From the NCBI GenBank assembly GCA_951406725.2, contig OX597818.1:121582001-121646000 (forward strand): DNA of 64,000 nt. The letters are read 5' to 3'. Below the pieces are notes generated by a model, which saw only the letters and a list, made by a program, of their open reading frames with translations, was not told the DNA's origin and made no database searches. Origin of the DNA: Octopus vulgaris (lineage: Eukaryota). Below, one piece after another: positions 14,108 to 26,030 of the stretch (its first letter is position 1; every line of letters begins with the position of its first letter). A program made the position numbers and the translations under genes.

Positions 14108-14356
14108 GAGGTGTACTTGCATAGCAAGTAACTTGATCTGAAATCGTGTGCTCAATCAAAAACAGTTACAGCGTGGAAGATGTTTGTATGTCATTTTAGA
14201 ACACAAAAAAACCGTTAGTTTCACTTCAACATTTAAATTTAATTTGTGTCAAAATATTTTTGTTGCTTTGAAACCGCGACAAAACTTTGTGCAGCGCGCA
14301 GGTCGCGGTTTCAAAGTGACGAAAGTATTTTGATACAAATTAAATTTAAATGTTGG
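14108..14356. mobile_element. Fold-back MITE, truncated; related copy at 52618-52939
   Basis: Shared sequence ggag.tgtac.tgcatagcaagt.. and internal palindrome caacatttaaatttaatttg..aaaatat / ..tattttg..caaattaaatttaaatgttg. Confidence 0.7.
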
Positions 14357-14559
14357 AAAATTATTAATTTTATACCATCTTAACTCCTAACTGTAAAATA
14401 GTTTCAAATTAATTTTATGACTTGGATGTTAAAAGGAGTAACGACCATCTCCAAAAACTATATAAAATTGTTTCAAATTTAGACACAATGCCAGTGGCAT
14501 GGGGGGGCAGTCAGGCAGCACTGGCATTGGCCACAACTAAGATTTCACTTGACTCAACA

Positions 14560-14930
14560 GGTCTCAAACACAGCATATTGCTCGACGATTGAAGAGTACT
14601 CTTAAATGGGCCGGTTATGCGACACTGGCATCGGCCACGGCTACGATCTCACTTGCGCTTGCCGGGTCTTCTCAAGTACAGCATATCTCCAAATGTCTCG
14701 GTCGCTTGTCATTACTTCTGTGAGGCCCAACGTTCGAAGGTCGTGCTTCACCACCTCATCCCAGGTCTTCCTGCTCTACCTCTTCCACAGGTTCCCTCCA
14801 CTGTTAAGGTGTGACACTTTTTCACACAGCTGTCCTCATCCATACGCAACACATGACCATACTAGCGCAGTCATCTCTCTTGCACACCTTATCTGATGCT
14901 TCTTATGTCCAACTTTTCTCTCGGGACGCT
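14560..14930 (-). mobile_element. RTE-clade LINE 3' fragment; related fragment at 58420-58840
   Basis: Minus translation includes RKTWDEVVKHDLRTLGLTEVMTSDRDIWRYAV. Confidence 0.7.
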
Positions 14931-15128
14931 TACTTGTGAATTCAGTGTTTTATATACAAGAATGTTTGCAACTGTCTGTAACATAGCGTTCTCTCTCTCT
15001 CACTCTCACTCTCTCTCACTCTCTCACTCTCTCACTCTCTCAATCTCTCAATACACAGTTGTTTTTTCTTTTCATATTTTAATTCATTAAAACAGTTTAT
15101 CTTATATGTATCCTGAAATTTCTTACAG

Positions 15129-15239
15129 GCCGAGTTGACTTTGCGGTTCCGAAAAGAAACACTACCAAGATATTTAGGCAATTTGGAAAAAGCTTTGAAA
15201 CGAAATAATGAAGGAACAGGCTATTTCGTTGGCGATTCT
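15129..15239 (+). CDS. GST-sigma coding exon
   Basis: ttacag acceptor, gtaaga donor, phase 0. AELTLRFRKETLPRYLGNLEKALKRNNEGTGYFVGDS contains the GYFVGD motif of the GST C-domain. Confidence 0.93.
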
Positions 15240-15934
15240 GTAAGAAATTTTTATGTGAATGATATATTTTTTCATTTGAATTTTGTTTACCACATATAAT
15301 TGCAATTAATAATTAGACAGTCGTGGTTTTTGCTAGATGTGTTATCTTCCACAGGAGTGTGTAGGCTTTTCTGCCCAATGTCCTGACCTGCGCCAGAGCA
15401 CATAAAGCTAAATATGTCTTCTTTGTTTCTGTTTGTTTGTTTGTTATTTCATTTCAATTTTCTCCAGTACCCTTCACGATACGTGCCATAATCTTAAATG
15501 TCTTTTGATTCCATATGAACTAACGACCTTTATTTCAAGGAATGGTAGCGGTACCTTTAATCAAGCAGACATCGTGTTTCTGGAGCCTGGTGCAGCCTCC
15601 TGGCTTCCCAGACCCCGGTCGAACCGTCCAATCCATGCTAGCGTTGAAAACGGATGTTAAACGATGATGATAATGACAACATAATTACCTGTAAACACTT
15701 TATTGAAAAGAAATTAGATCTACAGGTTCTTTGAGTTCAAGCTGAAAGACAAAATTGACTGAAACACTATGAAGAAAATTATATGAAAGCCGAGGTCACC
15801 ATATTTTCAGTAACACAAGTCAAAATTTTCAGATGAAAATTTACACCAGAACTAATTTATATAAAGACTACTTTCGAGGACCAAAACATTCATGTGAAAT
15901 GCAACAGGATTGGGAACGACAGTGACAATATTTG

Positions 15935-16302
15935 GGATCTTTTCGCTTTGATCGGCAGATTTATTAATAAAAGTTTAATAACTATAATCTTATATTCATA
16001 CGAATGTAACTGATATGAAATATGTCATAAATAACAGTGATAAATTCATATGACACCGCAAATAATTGTTGTTGACAAAGATCCGGAGATATTGTATTCA
16101 CCTCAATAGTCGTCATTGATTGGTTGAAATTGCCGAAATTGAAGAAAGTATCTTACAAATACCTTACAAATTACAGAATTTTCTCAATAAAGCCAAGAGA
16201 AAAAGATGTTTTATAAACACATTCTACCAGTATACGAAGTTTAAAAGTGTTTAGTTACAAAGAAATTATTTTAAAAATCTGCCGGTCAAAGCGAAAAGAT
16301 CC
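15935..16302. mobile_element. GGATCTTTTC-terminus MITE (Merlin-like) in the last GST intron
   Basis: TIR GGATCTTTTCGCTTTGA.CGGCAGAT; flanks AATATTTG / GATATTTG. Confidence 0.8.
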
Positions 16303-16502
16303 GATATTTGAATATTTATGCTACATGATTACACTGCATACTACGTCAGTTTGTATGCTGTAAATATTGGATTAGTATAGAAAACCCTTAACTACTTTGG
16401 CAATATCTCTTTTCTGCAACATTGAATTTGTATTGTTTCATTTTTTTGTTGTTTTTCAACCCAGTATTCTGATCTTTTCCTCTTTTTCTATCTCTTTCAC
16501 AG

Positions 16503-16667
16503 TTAACATGGGCAGATTTGCAAGCTTTCCATATATTAGATATAACTCTGGGCGATGATGATGAGATCCTGAAGCAGTACCCCAAGCTGGAAGGCTTGAG
16601 ACAGCGGATTGAAAACTTGCCGCGCATTTCAATTTACCTACAGACCCGCCCTCAGAGTAAAGTATAG
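16503..16667 (+). CDS. GST-sigma last coding exon
   Basis: Polypyrimidine tract plus cacag acceptor. LTWADLQAFHILDITLGDDDEILKQYPKLEGLRQRIENLPRISIYLQTRPQSKV* has the N-capping TWAD motif and the typical YL..RP C-terminus. Confidence 0.94.
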   Translation, partial: LTWADLQAFHILDITLGDDDEILKQYPKLEGLRQRIENLPRISIYLQTRPQSKV

Positions 16668-16716
16668 ATCCAGGAGGTGAAATATCTAAACAGAATGGAA
16701 CGACAATTTAGAAAGA

Positions 16717-16722
16717 AATAAA
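16717..16722 (+). terminator. Candidate polyadenylation signal of the GST gene
   Basis: AATAAA 50 nt after the stop codon, followed by T-rich sequence. Confidence 0.55.
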
Positions 16723-18873
16723 TTTTCCTTTCATGATTTTTTTTAATTGCTCACTTACCATGTCTTTTGTCCACCTCTCTCACCATTTTAATGATAATGT
16801 TCATTAATGACAGATTAGCATTAACACATCAATCTGTTTTACATTAACCCTAACTCTAGTTTAATGTATATTATTAGGAATTAAATCTTAACATCTCTTA
16901 AATTAAACTTAATTTATTTTCATTATAGTCAAAACGCTTTTTTCCCCAGCCTTGTACTGTAAACTTTTGTGCTGAAATTCTTGGCCTTTGTGTAATACAA
17001 AACAAGCATTTGTACTTGTGATTATGTACTTGATGAGACAATGTAATCAAATTTAAATTTAAAACCTTAGCTACAGCGATGTGCTGTAAACCTTTTTGGT
17101 ATCATATGTTAAATATCTCCCCCGCATTTTGAAATTTTCTCTAATTCCATATTTCTATCAATTTTGCGTCTAAAACAAAAAAATCTCTAATATTGTATGA
17201 AACAGTAAATTAGCATTTTCATTATTTAACATCTTTCAAATTGATTTCAAGTATCATAGGCTATTTTAATAGGACCGTTATTGGCAAATCTATAATTAAC
17301 TTACATCGACCATATTGTTTTTAACAAACAGTATAAGCACAACAAATATAATCTCAAAACTAATTTGGTGGGGTTTTCGCTAACTTTGTGAGAACGATCT
17401 TTGCGTTAGTTTCCCAATAATGCAAAACAGATATTGCAGTTGGGACTGTATGTATGTGTGAGAGTGTGGTTTTTGCTGGTTTTTCTAAAAAATTTAAAAT
17501 TATAAATGAAAAATGCAAGGCAGTAGTTTGAAAGGGAATATGAGTAAATGCTTGTGTATGATTAACTCTAAATGCGGAATTAAAATTGGTTAGCAACGGG
17601 TAGATATTCCATGTAAGAACATGCGGTGAACACTGCAGTATTAGATTAAGCAATAGCGACATTGAAAGACCTAAGGAATAAAGGGACCGCTTTTGTTTGA
17701 TATGTGTACTTTTCCATACTGGCACGGGTTGGCGAATTTTTCTGAGACAACATTTTACGTATGGCCAAATGCCCTTTCTTCACCATCCCTTATAGTTGCC
17801 TTTTACTACACGTTGGGATGCGGTATACCTATTCTGTACCCGGGTACACACGGTGTAAATCATAAGACGAAGTAGTTATTTTAACACATTCTTTAGGGCG
17901 GTACTCCCAGATTAACTTAACCGTAATGGCTAAATCCAACTAAAGGATTTATCAATAATCTGTGACCTTAAAATGGTTGACTTCTGTTTATTTTGTAAAA
18001 TTTTAAAAAGTTTTCAAATTAGCTCTATCTGATATAATAGTTTCAAGTATTATTGTTCCATTCAAACATAAATATCTTGCAAAACATTATTATAAAAAAT
18101 TATATTTATTTTGAAGATGTACGCCACCATACTTTATATATGTATGTATATATATTACATATTTATATATATATATAAATTTAGTGATAAAGCTCAGTGT
18201 TGCAAAAGATATTATAAACTTGTTTCGGTAGTGTAGCGAGGTGAAACTGATAACAAAAATACAACCAATAACTTAATGATATAGCCATCATTTTTACCTT
18301 ATTTATTGTTGAAATCTGTCTGTACGTAACATTTCTGTTCTCTGGAGATAATTTTGTTGTGAAGAAGCATAATAATAATAATAAAGATTACAATAATGGC
18401 AATTACATTGCCGCTTTATATTGTTGGGATTTTACCCATAATAATTCTCTATTTTTCTTTCTTCTTTTTCTCTCTCCAGATAGCATAATGGAGATTTTAT
18501 TTTTTACATATGTGTAATAAAGCATTTTCTCTTATATTTATTCCTCAATCATCCTTCTAAGTAGTCACATTTTAATGTTTTAAAGTTGACTGATCAATTT
18601 TTAAATAAATATATATAATGATTTTGTGTGTCGAAGACTTTAGTCATATTTTTGTTGTTCTAAATAAGAACATCGTGAAAATTAAAATTTTGGTTTCAGA
18701 GAAATTACTCGGGCTTTTCTTTAAAAAAAAAAATTTAAATTAACCTCTACACCATTTCTAACCATCTTTTACTCTCTCCTCACATTCTTATAAAACTACC
18801 TCCTTCAAACTCCTTGATACAGCGTATTTATCCTCTCTTATACTCACCTTCTTGAATCTTGAGATGCTCTGGC

Positions 18874-20447
18874 ATCTTAAAATGTGTAAGTATCTGTTGC
18901 GTGAAGATCTGAGCCCAAATAAAGGTTTTACAAAGAAAAAGTAAAAAAACTGTAACAGCATGAATCTTGTAAAAGAGGATTTTGTTTATAATTACTTCTA
19001 GAAACAGTAACGAGATGATTCTCACTGATTCAGGCAAGTTCTTTGGATCTTTTTGGTTTGACCGGCAGTTTTTTAAAATAATTTCCACGTAACTAAACAC
19101 TTTTAAACTTCGTATACTGGTAGAATGTGTTTATAAAACACCTTTTTCTCTTGGCTTTATTGAGAAAATTCTATAGTTTGTAAAATATTTGTTGATTTCT
19201 TTTTTTCTTCAATTTCTGCAATTTCAACCAATCAATGACGTCTATTGAGGTGATAACATTTTGTGCCGTATGAATATGTTCCTCGTTTAAGAAACAGATT
19301 GGGTTTATTTACATTTCTGAAGAAAAAAAGATCCCCTTCCCTCACCCCTAACCCTAACTCTAACCCTAAAACAGATTGAAATGCAATAGATCGATACCAT
19401 CTTTCTAGATTCTGCCCCCCCCCCACCCTCATATAATGTCAGCTAGCCTTGGATCTCCTTCACAACAAGACACTTGGGCTTGTTCCTCTATCATAGTTCA
19501 GCCTCTCAACTTCTGGCTTAAAATCACCGCCTACTCCTTCTTAGATCTTCTTTCTTAGTGGAAGGGGCTTTTTTCTGTTCTTGTCTTAAGAGTTACTTGG
19601 TGACCTCACTCGGATCAGTAGAATGAAAAAAAGTACCCAGTACCTACTGTATAGTGGTTGGCGATGGAAAGGACATCCAGCCATAGAAGACATGTTAAAA
19701 CTTACAGCGGAGCTCAAAGTGGCCCTCGGGCTTGCCGGATTCTGTCAAACTCAACCAATGTCAAAATGGAAAACAGATGTTAAATGATGAATTACTAAAC
19801 GAATTAATATCCCATTTTAAATTCTAAAATGGGAACCATTAAAAGAACTGAATCTTTTCGGTTTGACCGGCAGTTTTTTCTAGCGGTGTCATATGAAATT
19901 GTCACCCATAATTATGGCCCTAGTATCGATCTATTCCATTTCAATCTGTTTTAGGGTTAGAGTTATGGTTAGGGGTGGGGGGAAGGGTATCTTTTTTTCT
20001 TCAGAAATGTAAATAAAACCAATCTTGTTTCTTAAACGAGGTACATATTCATACGGCACAATGTTTTCACCTCAATAGACGTCATTGACTGGTTGAAATT
20101 GCAGAAATTGAAGAAGAAAAAAAACAACAAATATCTTACAAACTATAGAATTTTCTCAATAAAGCCAAGAGGAAAATGTGTATTATAAACACATTCTATC
20201 TGTATACGAAGTTCAAAGTGTTTAGTTACATGGAAATTATTAAAAAAAACTGCCGGTCAAACTGAAAAGATCCAAAGAACTTGCCTCCAGCAGTGAGTAT
20301 CATCTCGTTACTATTTCTAAAAATAATTATAAACAAAATCCTCTTTTACAAGATTCATGCTACTACAGTTTTTTTTTTTCTTTTTCTTTGTAAAACCTTT
20401 ATTTGAGCTCAGATCTTCACGCAACAGATACTTACACATTTTAAGAT
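18874..20447. repeat. Large inverted duplication (arms 18874-19397 and 19923-20447)
   Basis: About 525-bp arms are reverse complements, including about 170 bp of non-MITE flank. Confidence 0.85.
19850..20273. mobile_element. GGATCTTTTC-terminus MITE with perfect 8-bp TSD
   Basis: AAAGAACT at 19842-19849 and at 20274-20281; internal TTAGGG-like motifs. Confidence 0.85.
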
Positions 20448-20949
20448 AGTGTTACCTTACAAATATTACAAAAAACAATGAGCATGTTGACTTAAATGCC
20501 TGTCGAATGTGACCATGAGTCTACACAAACCAAACTTTGAAACAGATGTTTTCCAAGATACACAAAAGCTGCATGTGAAAACTCAGCATGAATGAAATTT
20601 ATTAAGATAAAAAAAAGTGTGAAGTGTTTTTATCTTCTTTCCCAACATCGTAACCTTGTACAGAATTTATTTTTAAAAAATCCAGAAACTTCAAAATTAA
20701 ATTTTGTAAATATCATAAAAAATAACATTAATGAGCTAAAAAGAACACCTTTATGGAAATATGAATGTCATGTGACGAGGATAATATCACATTTTTAAAA
20801 AATACCAAAACACAGGATATCAAATATTTAAAATTTTTATTTCGATACATTCAATGTACAAATAAAAAAAAAAATTATGTAAGTTAATAGACATCTCACA
20901 AGAAAGGCAAGTATTTGAAAAATCAATATGCAATACACTCCTGTAAAAA

Positions 20950-21265
20950 GGCGCATGGCTCAGTAGTGGTTAGAGGTTGTGAGCTCGAATCTTGAACCGG
21001 GCTGCGTGTTGTGTCCTTGAGCAAGACACTTTATTTCCTGTTGCTCCAGTTCACTCAGCTGTAGAAATGAGTTGCGACGTCACAGGTGCGAAGCTGTAAG
21101 GCCCCTTTGCCTTTCCCTTGGATAACATCAGTGGTGTGGAGAGGAGAGGCCGGTATGCATGGGCGACTGCTGGTCTTCCATAAACAACCTTGCCCGGACT
21201 TGTGCCTGGGAGGGTAACTATCTAGGTGCAATCCCATGGTCTGTGCCATGACCGAAGGGGGTCTC
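20950..21265 (+). mobile_element. tRNA-derived SINE with GTGTCCTTGAGCAAGACACTTTA core; related copy near 54372-54545
   Basis: ggcgcatggctcagtagtggtt head plus the conserved core. Confidence 0.65.
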
Positions 21266-21381
21266 AGATTGTAAAAAGCATAAGAGAAATCTAAACTCAG
21301 TTATCAGGATCAAATAAAATCACAAATATACAGCTAAACTATGTAGAGTTTTAAACAATCACTGTACTCCTTTATAACAAA

Positions 21382-21739
21382 CTATCACTATGACCCGGCA
21401 ATGCTGGGTCATAGTGCTAGTGCATGCATATACAGCTGCGTGCACACATACATGCGAGTACTGTCCAAATCTCCGACCAGTCACATACATCTAGCTGGCA
21501 TTCAATTGGCGTACAAGTTTCTGGCATTTCAATTGGGTTTTGGATAGAAAATTCACCAAAAATCAATTCTATTGATTTTTTAATGGCTTTGCGGGGTGAC
21601 TGGGGAAATGTAAAGATGTGCACGACCACCCTTGGACGGTTTTAAATGACCATAGAAAGTGCGAGCCCTCTAACTGAAAAATTGTGGATTTGTATAAAGG
21701 GCACACACGCAGACATTTTGCCATTTATATATAGAGAGA
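21382..21739 (-). mobile_element. Non-autonomous Helitron-like element
   Basis: On minus: A|TCTCTCTATATATAA 5' end, subterminal hairpin ACTATGACCCAGCA-T-TGCCGGGTCATAGT, then (C>A)TAG|T; no TSD. Confidence 0.65.
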
Positions 21740-22812
21740 TTGTACCATCATTACTAAATTTCAAGAACCAGGGCAAAATCATAGCCTCAGAATCATTTCA
21801 CTCCTATGCATACTCAAGCATTTTAGAAACTTATTCCTTCTTATCACTAACCAACATATTTCCCCTCTTGAATTTAAATTACTACACGTACGATTCCAAT
21901 TGCCATTGACATTAACAAAGATTTCTACCTCCATTCCCTACAGCCTTCTTACAGGCACTACTCAGTAAAAATCTTTAAGAAACGACAGAAAATTGGTTAA
22001 CAAACTACCAGTCGTGTCACGAAGCCTTTGTAGCATACAAGGACAAATACTTACAGAATTTTTCCGACTTGGGAACACCAGGCCCATCATTTCTCTTATT
22101 ATTCCAAACAGCCTGCCCGAATTTTCCGTTGCTCTTCACAACATAGTCAACTAACACCACACATATTTTCCCATTATTCATCAGACACTGTCTTATAAGC
22201 CCTGTCTCACATCAGATTCATAGAAAGCTAGCTCCAAAGCAAGACTTAGAAGCGCACCTATGAAATCTATTAGTTCTTTCATACTATAGATGTCACCCCA
22301 TTCTTTACACTCGTTAAGATAAGCATACGAGAAACAGATGACAAAGACAAGGAAACGCAAAAGACATAGTAAAGAAACTCAACTATGTCGAAACGACAGA
22401 TACAATACTTGAAAGAAACAAGTGTACAAGCAATACAGCGCATCTATTATGGACCATGTGGAGGCGCAATGGCCCAGTGGTTAGGGCAACGGACTCGCGG
22501 TCGGAGGATCGCGGTTTCGATTCCCAGACCGGGAGTTGTGTGTGTTTATTGAGCGAAAACACCTAAAGCTCCACGAGGCTCCGGCAGGAGGTGGTGGTTA
22601 CCCCTGTTGTACTCTTTCGCCACAACTTTCTCTCACTCTCTCTTCCTGTTTCTTGAGTAACGCTGCGATGGACTGGCGTCCCGTCCAGCTGGGGGGAACA
22701 CATACGCCACAGAAACCGGAAAACCGGGCCCATGAACCTGGCTAGGCTTGAAAAGGGTGACGTTTATCGTTTTTTTTGTTTTTATCATGGACCATACGAG
22801 TTCTGTCTAGAT

Positions 22813-22985
22813 CAGTGCTGCGCAACCGGTATTCCGTGGCACACTGGTGTGCCATGAAACGATGCTGGGTGTGCCGCAGTGTAACCTGAATATAATTTTT
22901 TCCTTATATTTTTAGCTCAAGTGCGTCGCCGAATTTTGTAAAGAATATAAGTATTCAGCAAGTGAAAAAAGGTTGCGGAACATTG
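22813..22985. mobile_element. hAT-like MITE
   Basis: TIRs CAGTGCTGCGCAACC / GGTTGCGGAACATTG; 8-bp flanks GTCTAGAT / GTCTGGAT. Confidence 0.75.
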
Positions 22986-23176
22986 GTCTGGATCACCAAC
23001 CTCTCTGTAAATTAATTGCGCAGAACGGGTTATGCATCAAGACAGGTTGTACACAGACTACACCCACAATAAGTTCTGTCTCAAGTCCCAGGACACATAG
23101 CGCCGGTTACTCGATTTCCATGGTGTATAAGTGACCGAGGTTGCAGCTTCTCCCGAATGGAACAACATTCCATCGT

Positions 23177-23581
23177 CATCATCATCATTGTTCGACCGTG
23201 GTCGAGACAATGGAATTTACTATGTTACGCCAGACTTCACGGTCCATCACAGCATTACGGAGGTCCTGTTGCTGGATGCCTGTAACCCTGGAGATTACAT
23301 CAGGGCAGGAGAGTGCGCGCCCTCTGGTATTGCGAGCAGATGGCTTCTAGAGAAGAGTAGAAATTACCTCGTTTCCAGCTCTACAACAATGTCCAGCAAA
23401 CTGGACTCTTCTACCTTTCACAAGAGATGATACAGGTGGTAGTTTCCCATATATTTGTACTTTGGTTGGATAACGCTTCCACGAGAGATTTTGAGCTCTC
23501 ATAAGGAGACGAGTGTAAGTTCCATCCAACCGCCTCTCAAGCTTCTTTGATAACGTCCAGGTTTCTGAGCCATATAGTAGA
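23177..23581 (-). mobile_element. RTE-clade LINE 3' fragment nested in an older SINE (about 23090-23735)
   Basis: LLYGSETWTLSKKLERRLDGTYTRLLMRAQNLSW...RRVQFAGHC..; (TGA)n tail; ATTCCATCGT direct repeat at both ends. Confidence 0.85.
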
Positions 23582-24201
23582 ATTCCATCGTAGAGTTACT
23601 CATTTACAGCTAAGTGGACTGGAACAAAGTGAAATCAAGCGTTTTACCCAAGAACACAACGCACCACCCGAATCGAAACCATAATGTTGTGATCGTTAGT
23701 GCAACACCCTAACCATTAGATCATGCGCCTTCGCAGAGTTTATGCAGCTTATAACCACAGCAAACTTTAATCCTCACAGTTCCTGCCAATAAATGAACAG
23801 TCACCTCCAAACTCATAAATCATTCTAGAACACTTCAAAGTGTCAGGCAACGTGGTGACAGCCTCCACGTGATCTCTCGATCTGTTAGAAATAGCAGCCA
23901 AACCGCTCTTAAATTACATCTAGATATCTCTAAAAGGACGGGGTGATCAAAGTTGGAATGCCTTTGATCACAAGTCTGTTAAAACAAGGATGACCAAGGG
24001 TTAATCAATAGCCACAACAAAATCTTGAAAATAATGTTACTCTAGTTGAACCGAAAGAATTATATATTTTTAAAAATTACAAATAAACGGAATTATCTGC
24101 AACATTATTATCCCCGACACTGCAGCGATGCAGACTAGCAACTTTCCTCCGACTCAGCTGTGACCGTCACCTGAATCTGCGTGCGTACAGAGATAGACTA
24201 A

Positions 24202-24898
24202 GGCGGCGAACTGGCAGAAACGTTAGCACGCCGGGTGAAATGCTTAGCGGTATTTCGTCTGCCGCTACGTTCTGAGTTCAGATTCCGCCGAGGTCGACTT
24301 TGCCTTTCATCCTTTCGGGGTCGATAAATTAAGTACCAGTTACGCACTGGAGTCGATGTAATCGACTTAATACCTATGTCTGTCCTTGTTTGTCCCCTCT
24401 GTGTTTAGCCCCTTGTGGGTAGTAAAGAAATAGGTATTTCGTCTGCCGTTACGTTCTGAGTTCAGATTCCGCCGAGGTCGACTTTGCCTTTCATCCTTTC
24501 GGGGTCGATAAATTAAGTACCAGTTACGCACTGGAGTCGATGTAATCGACTTAATACCTATGTCTGTCCTTGTTTGTCCCCTCTGTGTTTAGCCCCTTGT
24601 GGGTAGTAAAGAAATAGGTATTTCGTCTGCCGTTACGTTCTGAGTTCAGATTCCGCCGAGGTCGACTTTGCTTTTCATCTTTTCGGGGTCGATTAAATAA
24701 GTACCAGTTACACACTGGACAAACGGACTAAGTCGATTATATCGACCCCAGTGCGTAAACTGGAACTTAATTTATCGAACCCGAAAGGATGAAAGGCAAA
24801 GTCGACCTCAGCGGAATTTGAACTCTCAACGTTGCGACAGACGAAATACCGCTAAGCATTTCGCCCGGCGCGCTAACGTTTCTGCCATCTCGCCGCCT
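24202..24898. mobile_element. SINE family A: 184-bp tandem trimer (+) fused to an inverted copy (-)
   Basis: Unit starts at 24251, 24435 and 24619; inverted copy about 24717-24898. Confidence 0.9.
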
Positions 24899-25631
24899 TA
24901 CGAGGCTGAAAGCAAAATAGTTTAGTGAAAGTGAGACACGTAATAATTAAAGTGTCATTGGAAGAAATTACTTTTATCTTCTTTCTCCCAGAATCCATTG
25001 CACCGCAGAGAGAAGGCACAACCGAAAAGCTTGACTGTATGTAGAACATTTTAAATAATCCGCTTGTTGGGGCCCCCCCATCCTCTCTCTATCACTCTTT
25101 CTCATTCTCCCCCTCTTTCTCATTCTCCCCCCCCCTTTCTCATTCTCATTCTCTCCCTCTCTTTCTCTCTTTCACGTACGCGTTTTCTCCCTCTTTCATT
25201 CTGAATCGCGCGCTTTCTCTTCATATTCTCTCCCGCGCATTTTGTCCCTCTAGTTTTCTCCCTCCCTCTCTCTGTCTCTGTCTCTCGCTTTCTCTCTCTT
25301 TTTCTCTCACTCTCCCTCCCTCCCTACCCTCCCACTTTCTCTTACTCTTTCCCGCCCCACCCTCACTCTTTCTTCTCGTCTCTCCAAGCGACAGTCGAGA
25401 GGGATGGGAAATTAAACTTCGTGTTGTTGGCCAATAAAACATTTGTCAAACAAACGGTGTTCCCGCTGTTTAGAGAACCATGAGTTATGTCTATCCAAGA
25501 TACTTGCAAATATACAATTTGGACCGATTCACAATGGATTCTATTCGCCCACAATTCAGCACAGCCTCAGCAGGATCCATTTGAAGAATATTCCGATGTC
25601 CAATTAATTCTAACACCTACGTCTCTTCAAC

Positions 25632-26030
25632 CTATTTCTTTACTAACCACGAGGGGCTAAACACAGAGGAGACAAACAAGGACAGGCAGACGGATTAAGT
25701 CAATTATATCGACCCCAGTGCGTAACTGGTACTTAATTTATCGATCCCGAAAGGATGAAAGGCAAAGTCGACCTCGGTGGAATTTGAACTCAGAACGTAA
25801 CGGCAGACGAAATACCGCTAAGCATTTTGCCCAGCGTGCTAACGTTTCTTCCAGCTCGTCGCCTTAAGTATATATATTTCTTTACTACCCACAAGGGGCT
25901 AAACATAGAGGGGACAAACAAGGACAGACAAACGGATTAAGTCGATTACATCGATCCCAGTGCGTAACTGGTACTTAATTTATCGACCCCGAAAGGATGA
26001 AAGGCAAAGTCGACCTCGGCGGAATTTGAA
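25632..26030 (-). mobile_element. SINE family A dimer flanked by a single 12-bp TSD
   Basis: CGTCTCTTCAAC at 25620-25631 and 26031-26042. Confidence 0.85.

Noticed and set aside
19335-19370. Telomere-like CCCTAA/TTAGGG motifs (also near 47805 and 49750)
   Set aside because: Only 2-4 degenerate units and part of MITE interiors; not interstitial telomere arrays.
22460-22533. tRNA-like sequence (A and B boxes, GCG anticodon-like loop)
   Set aside because: It continues into a repeated SINE body and the acceptor stem does not close; it is a SINE head, not a tRNA gene.
24202-24720. Regular repeats that could be taken for a CRISPR array or retrozyme
   Set aside because: Whole units repeat without unique spacers, no cas genes, eukaryotic context, and no hammerhead core on either strand.
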